From positions 38,526 to 102,525 of the forward strand of contig CAZXUC010000004.1 of NCBI GenBank assembly GCA_964643795.1: a DNA stretch of 64,000 bases. The letters are read 5' to 3'. Below the pieces are notes generated by a model that saw only the letters and a list, made by a program, of their open reading frames with translations, ran no database searches and had not been told where the DNA came from. Shown here piece by piece: positions 35,691-44,498 of the stretch. A program made the translations under genes and the position numbers. Numbering within the stretch: position 1 is the stretch's first letter; every line of letters starts with the position of its first letter. The stretch comes from an uncultured Halobacteriales archaeon (GTDB lineage Archaea; Thermoplasmatota; E2; JACPAO01; JAHFTW01).

Positions 35691-36155
35691 GTGGTGGAAC
35701 CTCTTCGGATGGCGCCGGGGACGCGGCTCGCGCTGCAGATTGTTGGCCTCGTCGTCCTCATTGCGGGTCTCGTTCTGTTTGGGCTCGCTATTGCGACGAT
35801 GGCCGGATTCGCGAATGCCATGGACGAATTCAGCGGCTCGGGCGACGTGGGCAGCATGGGCGGACGCATGGCGCGCGCGGCCATCTTCGGCTTCAGCGGC
35901 GTCTTCACGATAGCCATTGGTGCCATGTTGACGTCGCTGGGCTTCCGCAAGCCGATGTCCGAACTCGCCGCCACGGACACCTCCATCGCGGTCGAACACT
36001 CCAGCACCGCGATGGGTCGCGGTTTGGCGCGGGGCCTGCATGAAGCCGGTGGCCTAAGCCGTGGCCGGGACATCGTCAAGGTCAAGTGCCGTGCGTGCGG
36101 GTTCCTCGAATCGGAGGACGCGAAGTTCTGCAGCCAATGCTCGAAGAAGATGTGA
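35691..36155 (+). CDS. Membrane protein with C-terminal zinc ribbon
   Basis: Two TM helices (LALQIVGLVVLIAGLVLFGLAIA; IFGFSGVFTIAIGAMLTSLGF) and C-terminal KCRACGF...FCSQCSKKM. Confidence 0.5.
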   Translation: MVEPLRMAPGTRLALQIVGLVVLIAGLVLFGLAIATMAGFANAMDEFSGSGDVGSMGGRMARAAIFGFSGVFTIAIGAMLTSLGFRKPMSELAATDTSIAVEHSSTAMGRGLARGLHEAGGLSRGRDIVKVKCRACGFLESEDAKFCSQCSKKM

Positions 36156-36171
36156 CGCGGGCCGTGACGGG

Positions 36172-36459
36172 ATGGTGACGGGGGAGTTGGCCGACGAGCC
36201 ACGAGGTCCTCGTGCTGGTGCGCGGCCGCCCGCTTGGCGCCAGGTTCTTGGTTGGTTGACGTTGGTGGCCGCCGTCGCAATCGCCTTCTTGGCGTTCCAA
36301 CAGTTTGGTTCACTCGAAGGGCCCGCACCGGGACAACCGGGGCATGAAGAGTTTGCGCGGGAACAACTATGGGACGCCACGCGCAGCGCGATTCTCGGCC
36401 TCGGCGCGGCCTTCAGTTTCCTTGGCGGCGTCTGGCTTCTCAGGTGGAACCGCTCCTGA
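36172..36459 (+). CDS. Small membrane protein
   Basis: MVTGELADE...VLGWLTLVAAVAIAFLAF...ILGLGAAFSFLGGVWLL; 2 TM helices. ATG at 36172. Confidence 0.4.
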   Translation: MVTGELADEPRGPRAGARPPAWRQVLGWLTLVAAVAIAFLAFQQFGSLEGPAPGQPGHEEFAREQLWDATRSAILGLGAAFSFLGGVWLLRWNRS

Positions 36460-36509
36460 AGGCGGGCAACCCAAGCCTTCATCCCCGTTCAATTCGTCAC
36501 CCAACCAAG

Positions 36510-38324
36510 ATGCGAGGTGACGCTGAAGGCAAGGGGGTCCTGGGGACCGCAGGGCCCCGGGTCGAGGGAAGGATTCCCTCGCACGGCGTTGCTTGGCTCA
36601 TCGCCGGGACCGCGGGCGAAGGCCTGGAAGCCGGCGGCGAGACGTTCACGCGAGCCCTCGCCGCATCGGGGTACAAGCCGACGACGCAACGCGATTTTCC
36701 CAGTCGGATCCGCGGCGGCGACACGACGTTCACGGTTCGTTTGACCCCTGAGGGCCGCCTGGTCCCTCCCGCACACATTGACCTCGCCCTCGCATTCAAC
36801 GAGACAGTCGTCCCACGGATTGAGCCGCGTCTCGGCCGGGGCAGCTTGCTCTTGCTCGACGAAGGGCACGTCCCCGACTTCGTCACCGCCTCCGGCGCGA
36901 CCGTGCAGGCTTTTCCCTTCACTGCCCTCGCGAAGGCGGCTGGGTTTGAGCGCGCGAAGAACATGGTCGCCCTCGGGGCCTCGGCAGCGCTGCTGGGCAT
37001 CGACATTGGCGCCCTGCGTACGAGCGTCGAGGAGCAATTCAGTTCCAAGGGCGAGAAAGTCGTCGCCCAGAACCTAGCAGCCCTCGCGGCTGGCCACGAC
37101 GAGGCCACACGGCGCTTTGGGTCCAAGCCGCGTTTCGATACGCCGGCTCCAGTCAGCGGGCCGGCGCTCCTGCTTTCCGGGAACGAAGCCTGTGCGCTCG
37201 GCGCATTGGTCGCGGGTTGCCGCATCGCCGCCGCCTATCCAATCACTCCCGCGAGTGACATCCTGGAGTACCTGACGCCGCGCCTGCAACTTCTCGGCGG
37301 CACTGCCTTGCAGATGGAGGACGAACTTGCCGCACTCAATCTCCTCGTCGGAGCCGGATTCACGGGAGCCAAGTCCCTCACTGCCACATCGGGACCCGGC
37401 CTCAGCTTGATGACGGAAGCCATCGGCCTTGCTGGTTCCGCGGAGACGCCGTGCGTCATCGTCGACTGCCAACGCCCCGGCCCATCGACGGGGATGCCCA
37501 CGAAGCACGGGCAAGAGGATCTGTGGCACATGGTGCACGGCGGCCACGGCGAATTCGTTCGCATCGTCATCGCCCCAACGGACGTCGCCGATTGTTTCCA
37601 CGCGACATCGGAAGCGTTCCGCCTGGCGGAGAGGTTCCGCGCCCCCGCCTTCGTCGCGATGGATCAGCAAATGTGTTTGTTCAAGCAGACCGTTACTCCG
37701 TTCGACGCCGCCGCCGAGTCGAAGCGACATGAGCCCCGCGCGGCCAACACACTTCCCGAAGGTTCTAACGCGTGGGACCGCAGCTACAACGCCTACTACG
37801 GCGACGGCTCCGAGCACCCCGTCCGCGTCGGACTGCCTGGAGAACCCGGCGGTCGATACTATTGCAATTCCACGGAACACTCGCCGAGCGGCTTCACGAA
37901 CGAAGACCCAAAAGTCCGCACCGATATGGTGGAGCGAAGGCTGCGCCGACTGAAGACCATCGTTGGCGAAGTCAAGGACCCGCTCGTCGTCGCAGGCGCA
38001 GCGGACGCGGAGCTCGTCTTCGTTTCATGGGGTTCGACTGTCGAAGCCTGTCGCGAAGCCGCCGAGCGCATGGCGAGACATGGACGCAGAGTGCGCGTCG
38101 TCGCCGTGCGCCTCCTCTGGCCGTTCCCGCGAGAAGCCTTCGCGAAGGCCGTGGGGGAATTGCCAATCTTCGTCGTTGAAGCGAACGCTATGGGACAGCT
38201 TGCCCGCCTCATCAAATCAGAATTGCCGCTGCACGACCGCATGACGTCCATCCTGCAATACGATGGTCGAACGATTGCGAGCGACCGAATCCTCGAAGCC
38301 GTCCGGACGGAGGTCGAGCCGTGA
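36510..38324 (+). CDS. korA: 2-oxoacid:ferredoxin oxidoreductase alpha subunit (fused gamma-alpha type)
   Basis: N-terminal gamma-like domain (LIAGTAGEGLEAGGETF...DFPSRIRGG), then GNEACALGALVAGCRIAAAYPITPASD. Start at MRGDAEG (36510). Confidence 0.8.
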   Translation: MRGDAEGKGVLGTAGPRVEGRIPSHGVAWLIAGTAGEGLEAGGETFTRALAASGYKPTTQRDFPSRIRGGDTTFTVRLTPEGRLVPPAHIDLALAFNETVVPRIEPRLGRGSLLLLDEGHVPDFVTASGATVQAFPFTALAKAAGFERAKNMVALGASAALLGIDIGALRTSVEEQFSSKGEKVVAQNLAALAAGHDEATRRFGSKPRFDTPAPVSGPALLLSGNEACALGALVAGCRIAAAYPITPASDILEYLTPRLQLLGGTALQMEDELAALNLLVGAGFTGAKSLTATSGPGLSLMTEAIGLAGSAETPCVIVDCQRPGPSTGMPTKHGQEDLWHMVHGGHGEFVRIVIAPTDVADCFHATSEAFRLAERFRAPAFVAMDQQMCLFKQTVTPFDAAAESKRHEPRAANTLPEGSNAWDRSYNAYYGDGSEHPVRVGLPGEPGGRYYCNSTEHSPSGFTNEDPKVRTDMVERRLRRLKTIVGEVKDPLVVAGAADAELVFVSWGSTVEACREAAERMARHGRRVRVVAVRLLWPFPREAFAKAVGELPIFVVEANAMGQLARLIKSELPLHDRMTSILQYDGRTIASDRILEAVRTEVEP

Positions 38325-38503
38325 AGGGCTGGATGTTCATGGTCCTGGGAGGGGCCGCGCTCCTCGCGGGCGCCATCGCAATTGTGGCAGGCAGCGCGCT
38401 TGGGGCCTCCTGGCGGAATGCGGGTTTCGTTTTGGTCATCCTGAGCGTCGTCCTCATGGCGGGGGCCATGGTTGGCGGCAAGCGCAAGGGGGGGCATCCT
38501 TGA
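38321..38503 (+). CDS. 60-aa membrane protein inserted between korA and korB
   Basis: GTG overlaps the korA stop (GTGA). Two TM helices: MFMVLGGAALLAGAIAIVAG and FVLVILSVVLMAGAMVG. Confidence 0.45.
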   Translation: MKGWMFMVLGGAALLAGAIAIVAGSALGASWRNAGFVLVILSVVLMAGAMVGGKRKGGHP

Positions 38504-38751
38504 CAATCGAATCGTGGCGGCGCCAGATGATGACGTTGTGCCTCGTCCTTCTTCCGGTCGGCGTGGCCCTCATCGTCATCGGATTGCTTGACTCGGGAAA
38601 CGGGGACGAGAACACGCGAGGGTTCGGCATCGGTGGACTCGGCCTCATGCTCGCCGCGTCCGGCGCCATCTTCGGGAAGTTCTGGCTGACGGGTCCATTC
38701 CCCAAGCGTTCCGCAGCCGCCATCAACGACGACACGGAGGACGGCATCTGA
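38500..38751 (+). CDS. ~83-aa membrane protein inserted between korA and korB
   Basis: TTG overlaps the previous stop (TTGA). Two TM helices: MMTLCLVLLPVGVALIVIGLL and FGIGGLGLMLAASGAIFGKFW. Confidence 0.4.
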   Translation: MTIESWRRQMMTLCLVLLPVGVALIVIGLLDSGNGDENTRGFGIGGLGLMLAASGAIFGKFWLTGPFPKRSAAAINDDTEDGI

Positions 38752-39695
38752 CCGCGCTCCCCATCGCCGGCCGACCGAATCAGGCAAATCAGTCCAATCC
38801 GGCGAATCCTGTTCTCACGTTCAAGGACTACAAGGGCAAGGACCCGAACTGGTGTCCCGGCTGCGGCGACTTCGGCGTCCTCACGGCTCTCCAGAAGGCG
38901 TGCGCCAACCTCGGCCTCGACCGCAACCGCACGGTTCTCGCAACGGGTATTGGCTGCTCGGGGAATCTCACGGCGTTCTTCCAGACGTTTGGAATCCACG
39001 GCATCCACGGCCGCGTCCTCCCACTCGCCACGGGCGTCAAACTCGCGAATCCGCACCTCACGGTCTTAGCGGCAGGGGGCGACGGGGACGGGTTCGGAAT
39101 CGGACTCGGACATTTCCTGCACGCTGCTCGACGCAACGTTGACATCACGTACATCGTGATGGACAACCAAGTGTACGGACTCACGAAGGGCCAGACGAGC
39201 CCGACGACACCGGCAGACATGGCGACGAAGGCCAGCCCTCTCGGCCCCCTCGCGGTGCCACTCAACCCGTTGGCCCTCGCGTTGTCGGCGGGCGCGACGT
39301 TCGTGGCGCAAGGCTACTCCGCGAACCAGAAAGAACTCGTTGACCTCATCGAGCAAGGCGTCCGCCACAAGGGTTTCGCGTTCATCAACGTGCAGAGCCC
39401 GTGCGTGACGTACAACCTCGTGAACACGTTCGATTGGTTCAAGCAGCATGTGAAAGCCGTGAGCCACGACGCGACAGACAAGGACGCAGCCATGCGTGCG
39501 GCATGCGACACGAGCCACGTGCCGACAGGACTCTTGTATCAGACCCAGAGGCCGACCTTGCAGGAAGCAAGCCACCCGTTGAAGCCGGACGATGGGACAC
39601 TGGACGCCGTTTCGTCCGCGGCGGACCCCCACAAGTCGTACTCGGCGAGCTCGAAGCGGTTCAACGACTGGATGCAGGAATTCCGGGTGCGCTGA
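38748..39695 (+). CDS. korB: 2-oxoacid:ferredoxin oxidoreductase beta subunit; start codon unresolved (no ATG/GTG/TTG in the first ~135 codons)
   Basis: ...FKDYKGKDPNWCPGCGDFGVLTALQKA...GIGCSGN...LAAGGDGDGFGIGLGHF...IVMDNQVYGLTKGQ. The frame is open from 38592. The ORF track only starts at GTG 39156, which would delete the TPP-binding N-terminus. CTG 38748 overlaps the upstream stop (CTGA). Confidence 0.75.
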   Translation: MTALPIAGRPNQANQSNPANPVLTFKDYKGKDPNWCPGCGDFGVLTALQKACANLGLDRNRTVLATGIGCSGNLTAFFQTFGIHGIHGRVLPLATGVKLANPHLTVLAAGGDGDGFGIGLGHFLHAARRNVDITYIVMDNQVYGLTKGQTSPTTPADMATKASPLGPLAVPLNPLALALSAGATFVAQGYSANQKELVDLIEQGVRHKGFAFINVQSPCVTYNLVNTFDWFKQHVKAVSHDATDKDAAMRAACDTSHVPTGLLYQTQRPTLQEASHPLKPDDGTLDAVSSAADPHKSYSASSKRFNDWMQEFRVR

Positions 39696-39750
39696 CGAGG
39701 TCCAGCAACCGCAGGGCTGACCTGAATCTGAGGTCATTGCCTCGCCAGTG

Positions 39751-39853
39751 TACCGGAGGCCTGGGATTGCACGGATTCATTGGATTCCGTTACCCTACCG
39801 CTGCCAGTTTAGGTCATTCTGTGAGGTCTGTGAAATCCCAAGCCTCCCACACT
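39751..39853 (+). mobile_element. MITE-like element, short copy (~103 bp) with terminal inverted repeats
   Basis: Left end taccGGAGGCCTGGGATTGCACgg; right end ctGTGAAATCCCAAGCCTCCcacact (reverse complement GGAGGCTTGGGATTTCAC). Confidence 0.5.
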
Positions 39854-39867
39854 GAGCCGCGGCCGGG

Positions 39868-40061
39868 TACCGGAGGCCTGGGATTGCACGGATTTACACA
39901 GAGCTGTTGCCTCAGCCAGCTTCGGCCTTCAGGCGGAGGTCGCTGAAAAACGCGGAAACGGGTTCCGCGCCGTTCCGCGCGCTCCGCGTGAAAGTCATCT
40001 TGCCCCGCACATTGAAGCCAGCGCTCTGTGAAGTTCTGTGAAATCCCAAGCCTCCCACACT
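39868..40061 (+). mobile_element. MITE-like element, long copy (~194 bp); a solo terminus follows at 40079-40095
   Basis: Same termini as 39751-39853; the left 27 bp are identical to 39751-39777. The core is a palindrome of CGCGGAA/TTCCGCG words. It is homologous over its whole length to the inverted copy at 42941-43135. Confidence 0.55.
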
Positions 40062-40126
40062 GGCCTGCCGGCTTAACCCCCAAGCCTCCCACACTCGGCT
40101 TGACGGCCTAGCCTGAAAGCAATCCG

Positions 40127-41977
40127 CTACGCCACGCGCCGCCGCACCGGCGCCTTGGCGCGTCGGTCGAGCTGCTGTTTGACGACGGGCTTGATGACGC
40201 CTCGCTTGCCCTTGCCCTTCTTCGGCTTGGGGCGGCCTGCGCCGATCCACGCCTTGCGCCGACGGGTTCCCGCCGCGTCCTTCTTGCGCTTCTTCACGGT
40301 GAACTTGTCCTTGGGCAATTCGACGAGCGGGACCTTGAAGTGGCGAATACGCCCCTCCCGGAAGACGACGACTTCGACTGCGTCGCCAACTTTCATCTGC
40401 GCGACTTGGTCGTGGAAATGGTCGGCCTTCCACTTGTAGCTCTGCGCTGCCAGAATCTCGTCGTCCGGCTGCAGGACATTGTACGCAGGGACGTCGTCCC
40501 AGATGCGCGCAATCGTCGAACCACCCGGTTTGAACTCAACGCCGAGCCCCTTCGTGCGCTTCGGGTCCTTCCATTCCATCTTCAGGTCCCACCCCAATGT
40601 GCGCAGGGCTTTGTCGATGGGGAGTTCTTCCGTGCCGTGCGTCCACGCGTCAATCTTGGTCCGCAGGTTGGTCCCCGTCGCCTGCTCGACCAAATCCGGG
40701 AAGGCGTCGTCGGTAACTCCCATGCCGGTCCGTCCGTGCTTGCGCCAGATGTGCTTCATCACTGCATCGAGTCCGTCCTTCGTGCCGCGCTTGCGCAACT
40801 CGGCATCGAGGCACAGGCCGACCCACATGCCCTTCGTGTAGTAACTGACGTTGCGGTTGACGTTGTGTTCGTGCGGCTGGTAGAGGAGCGTCCACGTCAG
40901 GCGGCTTGCTTGCGAGACACTGATGCGCTTGCGACCGCGGGCCTTGTGGTACATCTCGAGGTCTTCGCCGACCATCTTCGCGAACTCGTCATCGCCCACG
41001 ACCTTCGCGCGGTACAGGGTGGGAAGCTCGTAGTAACTCGTGAAGCCTTCGAAAAGCCAGAGCAGGTCCGTGTAGGATTCCGTTTGCAGGTCATACGGTT
41101 GGAACGCGGCGGGCAGGATGCGTTTGACGTTCCACGTGTGGAAGAACTCGTGCGCGACGAGGGGTAGCAAGCGCGTCTGAATCTTCTCGTCGTTTTGGAA
41201 GTGCGCCGGGTCCGCGCCGAGGACCGTCGAGTTGCGGTGCTCTAGTCCGCCGCCGTAGTCGGAGGCGACGTGCGTGATGAACGTGTAGTGCTTGTAGGGA
41301 ATCTCGCCCCACACCTTGGCGACCTGCTCGCAGGTCGCCCTCATGTCACGGTCAATCCGACCCCAGTTCACGCTCGATGGAGCCCGCCACACGACGTGGC
41401 GATGCGTCGTGCCGCGCAGCTTGAACCGGCGGACCTCGTAGTCCGCAGGCGGTCCCAATTCCATGGGGCAATCCATGAGGTGGTCGAGCGAGTCTGCGAC
41501 CTCCAAGTCGCCACGAAGTGCGCCGGTCTCCAGGCCGCTCCAAAGACGCCACCCGCGCGGGGCGAGCAGCTCCACCTTGTGGGGCAGGCCACGGCTGTGC
41601 GCGTCGTAGAGCAGGAGCGTCGCGGGGAACAAGTGCGCGTGGTCTGCCGTGACGTGGCTGGTATCGACGGTGAGTTCGCGGCCGTAAACGTCGAACGTGA
41701 CCTCGATCGCGCGTCCGTCGGCGTCGTGGATGACCCATTCGTCCTTTCCAGGCTGCGTGACCTTCATCTTCTTGCCTGCGACGCGAGCCGTCAGGTCCTG
41801 GACGTGGCGACCGAAATCGCGGATCTTGTACGACCCCGGCACCCACGCCGGCATGCGCAAACTGCGGTCGCGCCCGGGCACGGCCGGGAAGCGCTGAGTG
41901 ACGCGCACGAGGTGCGTCTCGGGGTTGCGCACGTCGAAGCGGACGTGGACGAGAGGCTTTCCGGTGGATGTTGGCAC
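40127..41977 (-). CDS. M61-family (glycyl) aminopeptidase with PDZ-like region and Lys/Arg-rich C-terminal tail
   Basis: HEFFHTWNVKR (HExxH), ...WLFEGFTSYY...; tail KKRKKDAAGTRRRKAW...KPKKGKGKRGVIKP...APVRRRVA. GTG start at 41977. Confidence 0.75.
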   Translation of the reverse strand: MPTSTGKPLVHVRFDVRNPETHLVRVTQRFPAVPGRDRSLRMPAWVPGSYKIRDFGRHVQDLTARVAGKKMKVTQPGKDEWVIHDADGRAIEVTFDVYGRELTVDTSHVTADHAHLFPATLLLYDAHSRGLPHKVELLAPRGWRLWSGLETGALRGDLEVADSLDHLMDCPMELGPPADYEVRRFKLRGTTHRHVVWRAPSSVNWGRIDRDMRATCEQVAKVWGEIPYKHYTFITHVASDYGGGLEHRNSTVLGADPAHFQNDEKIQTRLLPLVAHEFFHTWNVKRILPAAFQPYDLQTESYTDLLWLFEGFTSYYELPTLYRAKVVGDDEFAKMVGEDLEMYHKARGRKRISVSQASRLTWTLLYQPHEHNVNRNVSYYTKGMWVGLCLDAELRKRGTKDGLDAVMKHIWRKHGRTGMGVTDDAFPDLVEQATGTNLRTKIDAWTHGTEELPIDKALRTLGWDLKMEWKDPKRTKGLGVEFKPGGSTIARIWDDVPAYNVLQPDDEILAAQSYKWKADHFHDQVAQMKVGDAVEVVVFREGRIRHFKVPLVELPKDKFTVKKRKKDAAGTRRRKAWIGAGRPKPKKGKGKRGVIKPVVKQQLDRRAKAPVRRRVA

Positions 41978-42037
41978 GTGGGGCAGCAGGGCGCATGATT
42001 ATTCAGGCAGTCGGTCGCGCCATGCCTTGCGCCTTCC

Positions 42038-42108
42038 ATCCACCGATGACACCGATTCCCACCGATGAGGTTGCAACCGCATCGGTGTCATCGGTGAAAT
42101 CGGTGGAT
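42038..42108. repeat. 71-bp 'tandem-word' palindrome (3 x CACCGAT / 3 x ATCGGTG)
   Basis: atCCACCGATgaCACCGATtccCACCGATGaggttgcaaccgCATCGGTGtCATCGGTGaaATCGGTGGat, in the convergent spacer between 41977 and 42161. Confidence 0.85.
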
Positions 42109-42160
42109 CGGCCGTGGCAGTCGAGACGGCATTAGCGTCATCGGCGGCCCAATCCGTCCC

Positions 42161-42859
42161 TCAATCGAGGCGGTGAATCCGTTCGCAGCGCGGGCACTTG
42201 AGGCGGATGGGGCGGGTCTTGGGGGCGAGTACCATGAGGCCGCAGCCGCCGCATTTCCCCAGGGTCGACCCGGGGCCAGCCTTCGGGTTGCGGCCGGCGG
42301 CTTTTGCCAGAAGGAGCGGCGGTTCGGCTGCCACGCGCGGGACCACCGGGGGCGCAAGTTCGTGCGGTTCGCTTGTCGCCGCTGCAGCCGACCGTTGCAG
42401 TGCTGCCTTGGCTTGGCCGCGCGTCATTCCGGACGGAGACCGGCGGCCGGGCCAACCTTTCGTGTCCTCGACTTGCTGCTGAGCGCGGGCGAGGGCGCGT
42501 TCGTGCGGCGTAGGCTGCGCCGGCTCCGGCTCGACCTCGGCGATTGGCGCGTCGGGGAAGTCGAACTCTGGATTGGATTCTGCACCGGCCTCGTCGGTGA
42601 TTTCGAGCATGGTCTGCGGGGGCTCGACGCGTGCAGCCCGAGTTCCCGACCGACTTTGGCCAAGTGGATGGATTCCGGTGAGGACCACGGCGAGAAGCGC
42701 TGCGCTGCCCGCTAGGGGGAGAACGACGCCGAGCCACTCGACGAAATCGTCGGGTCCGAATGCCTGGATGACCATGGCGAGGCCGAGGACGCCGAGCCCA
42801 AAGAACACCAAGGCAAGAATTTGGTATCCCGCGCGACCGATTCCGTCATGCATATTCAT
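42161..42859 (-). CDS. Membrane protein with disordered linker and C-terminal zinc ribbon
   Basis: Two N-terminal TM helices; C-terminal KCGGCGLMVLAPKTRPIRLKCPRCERIH. Confidence 0.5.
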   Translation of the reverse strand: MNMHDGIGRAGYQILALVFFGLGVLGLAMVIQAFGPDDFVEWLGVVLPLAGSAALLAVVLTGIHPLGQSRSGTRAARVEPPQTMLEITDEAGAESNPEFDFPDAPIAEVEPEPAQPTPHERALARAQQQVEDTKGWPGRRSPSGMTRGQAKAALQRSAAAATSEPHELAPPVVPRVAAEPPLLLAKAAGRNPKAGPGSTLGKCGGCGLMVLAPKTRPIRLKCPRCERIHRLD

Positions 42860-42940
42860 GGGCGAGCGACCGAGTGCGCGCTACTTGAACGAAATGGGTA
42901 ACGGCGCAGAGGAACGCCTTCAGGTCAAGACGGCAGGCAC

Positions 42941-43135
42941 AGTGTGGGAAGCTTGGGATTTCACAGAAATCCACAGAATTTTTGACCTCGACGCTCCGGG
43001 TAACATGCCGGTCACGCGGAGAACGCGGAAACCTGCGGAGTCGAATTCCGCGTGGTTCCGCGCCTTCCGCGTGAAGGCCGAAGCGGGCTGAGGCAACAGT
43101 TCTGTGGATTTCTGTGCAATCCCAGGCCTCCCGTT
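42941..43135 (-). mobile_element. MITE-like element, long copy in inverted orientation
   Basis: agtgtGGGAAGCTTGGGATTTCACag ... ctGTGCAATCCCAGGCCTCCcg. The reverse complement aligns with 39868-40061 end to end, with several long identical blocks judged by eye. Confidence 0.55.
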
Positions 43136-43185
43136 CCCGCACGAGCGGCACGTGCCTGCGACGCGCCCGCCTGCGGGCGGCCGCG

Positions 43186-43857
43186 TCACGACTTGCGCGG
43201 CTTGAGGCTCTCGATGTCGATGCGGAACGATTGGCTTGCCGCGTCGACGGACCCTTCCTTCATGCCGCGGATCGACACTTCGGCGGCAGCGCGCACGACG
43301 TCTTCGAGCTTCTTCTTGCTGCCGGCCTTCATGCCTTCGGACAAGCAATGTTCGGCTTGGCTGGCTTCCTTGCCGAGGGCGATCCCATTGCGGTCCGTCG
43401 CGTTGCCATCGACGTCACAGTGGTAGACTGCCGGGATGGAGCCGTGATTGTCGTAGCCGGCGACGATGATGCCGACGCCGAGCGGGCGGCGGTAGCTCAT
43501 GCCGAGTTCGTGCAGGTAGTCGCTGAGGGCCAGCGAGACTTCCTTGGGGGAAATCTCGGAGCCGAGGACGAACTTATGGTTGACGGCCATGTCGCGCAGC
43601 ATCTGGCGGACCTGGTTCGTATCTCCGCCGTGCCCAGTGACGAGGACGACGCAGTCCTTTGAGACGCGGACGATCTTGTCAGCACCAGTGTAAAGCGGGT
43701 TTCCGTCGCGGTTCACGGTGGCGACGACGACTTGCTTGTCGTCCTTGGCGGCAATGATTGGCAAGCCCATCCCGAGCGTAATTCGGGCGTACTTGATGGC
43801 GGGGATACTGCCCGTCTCGTCGAAGTGGAGGTAGGCAGTGTCGACGGTGGGCTTCAT
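43186..43857 (-). CDS. psmA: Proteasome alpha-type subunit, divergent
   Basis: ...HFDETGSIPAIKYARITLGMGLPIIAAKDDKQVVVAT..., ...YRRPLGVGIIVAGYDNHG...VYHCDVDGN. It lacks the canonical N-terminal YDR motif. It follows the beta gene after a 1-nt gap. Confidence 0.55.
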   Translation of the reverse strand: MKPTVDTAYLHFDETGSIPAIKYARITLGMGLPIIAAKDDKQVVVATVNRDGNPLYTGADKIVRVSKDCVVLVTGHGGDTNQVRQMLRDMAVNHKFVLGSEISPKEVSLALSDYLHELGMSYRRPLGVGIIVAGYDNHGSIPAVYHCDVDGNATDRNGIALGKEASQAEHCLSEGMKAGSKKKLEDVVRAAAEVSIRGMKEGSVDAASQSFRIDIESLKPRKS

Positions 43858-43858
43858 C

Positions 43859-44473
43859 TTAGGCCTCCTTGAGGTCTTCCGTGACTTCTTGGCTGAAGGT
43901 GTACGTCTTCAATTCGTATTCGCCGACGTTGGGGAGCGTGTAGACGATGAGGCCGTTCCCGGATGCGACGTCACGCTGAGTGGCCGCGCGGACCGCTCGC
44001 TTGGCGAGTTCGGCTGCGTCCTTGAGGCTCTTGACCTTCGACCAATCCGCGGATTCCAGCACGCCGATGGCGGGACCCGTCCCTGAGCCCGTGACGGTGT
44101 AGTCCTTCTTCGGGATGAGCGAGCCGTCGCCGCCGACGTCCCACAAATGCGTGCCGTCGCGGCCGCGCGTGGCGAGGATGAATTGGCCGTAGATGCCGCC
44201 GGCGCGTTGAATGGAGTGCGCCGCCAGTTTTGCAAGTTCTTGCGGCGAGAGGGGCCAGCCACGGCGCGACTTCGTGTATTCCAGGTTAAGCCGCAGCATG
44301 TGCGCGTAGGACTGGGCTTGGGAAACGGAGCCGGCAATTGTGAGGGCAGAGTCGCCGTCGAGGGGCTCGATTTTCACGACGTCCTTGTCTGCGACGTAGT
44401 AGCCCATGGTCGCCCGGCGGTCCGTCGCGAGGATGATTCCCTCGGCCGTTTTGATGCCCACTGTGGTCGTCAT
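43859..44473 (-). CDS. psmB: Proteasome beta subunit (no propeptide; Thr directly after Met)
   Basis: MTTTVGIKTAEGIILATDRRATMG...TIAGSVSQAQ...YTVTGSGTGPA. An in-frame stop lies 18 nt upstream of the ATG. Confidence 0.8.
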   Translation of the reverse strand: MTTTVGIKTAEGIILATDRRATMGYYVADKDVVKIEPLDGDSALTIAGSVSQAQSYAHMLRLNLEYTKSRRGWPLSPQELAKLAAHSIQRAGGIYGQFILATRGRDGTHLWDVGGDGSLIPKKDYTVTGSGTGPAIGVLESADWSKVKSLKDAAELAKRAVRAATQRDVASGNGLIVYTLPNVGEYELKTYTFSQEVTEDLKEA

Positions 44474-44498
44474 CGAGCCCGGGCATTGTCAGCGCTCG

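Noticed and set aside
39751-39894. Two identical 27-bp repeats 117 bp apart, considered as a mini CRISPR array.
   Set aside because: There are only two copies and the spacing is wrong. The repeats are the left termini of tandem MITE-like elements with matching inverted right termini, and no cas genes are present.
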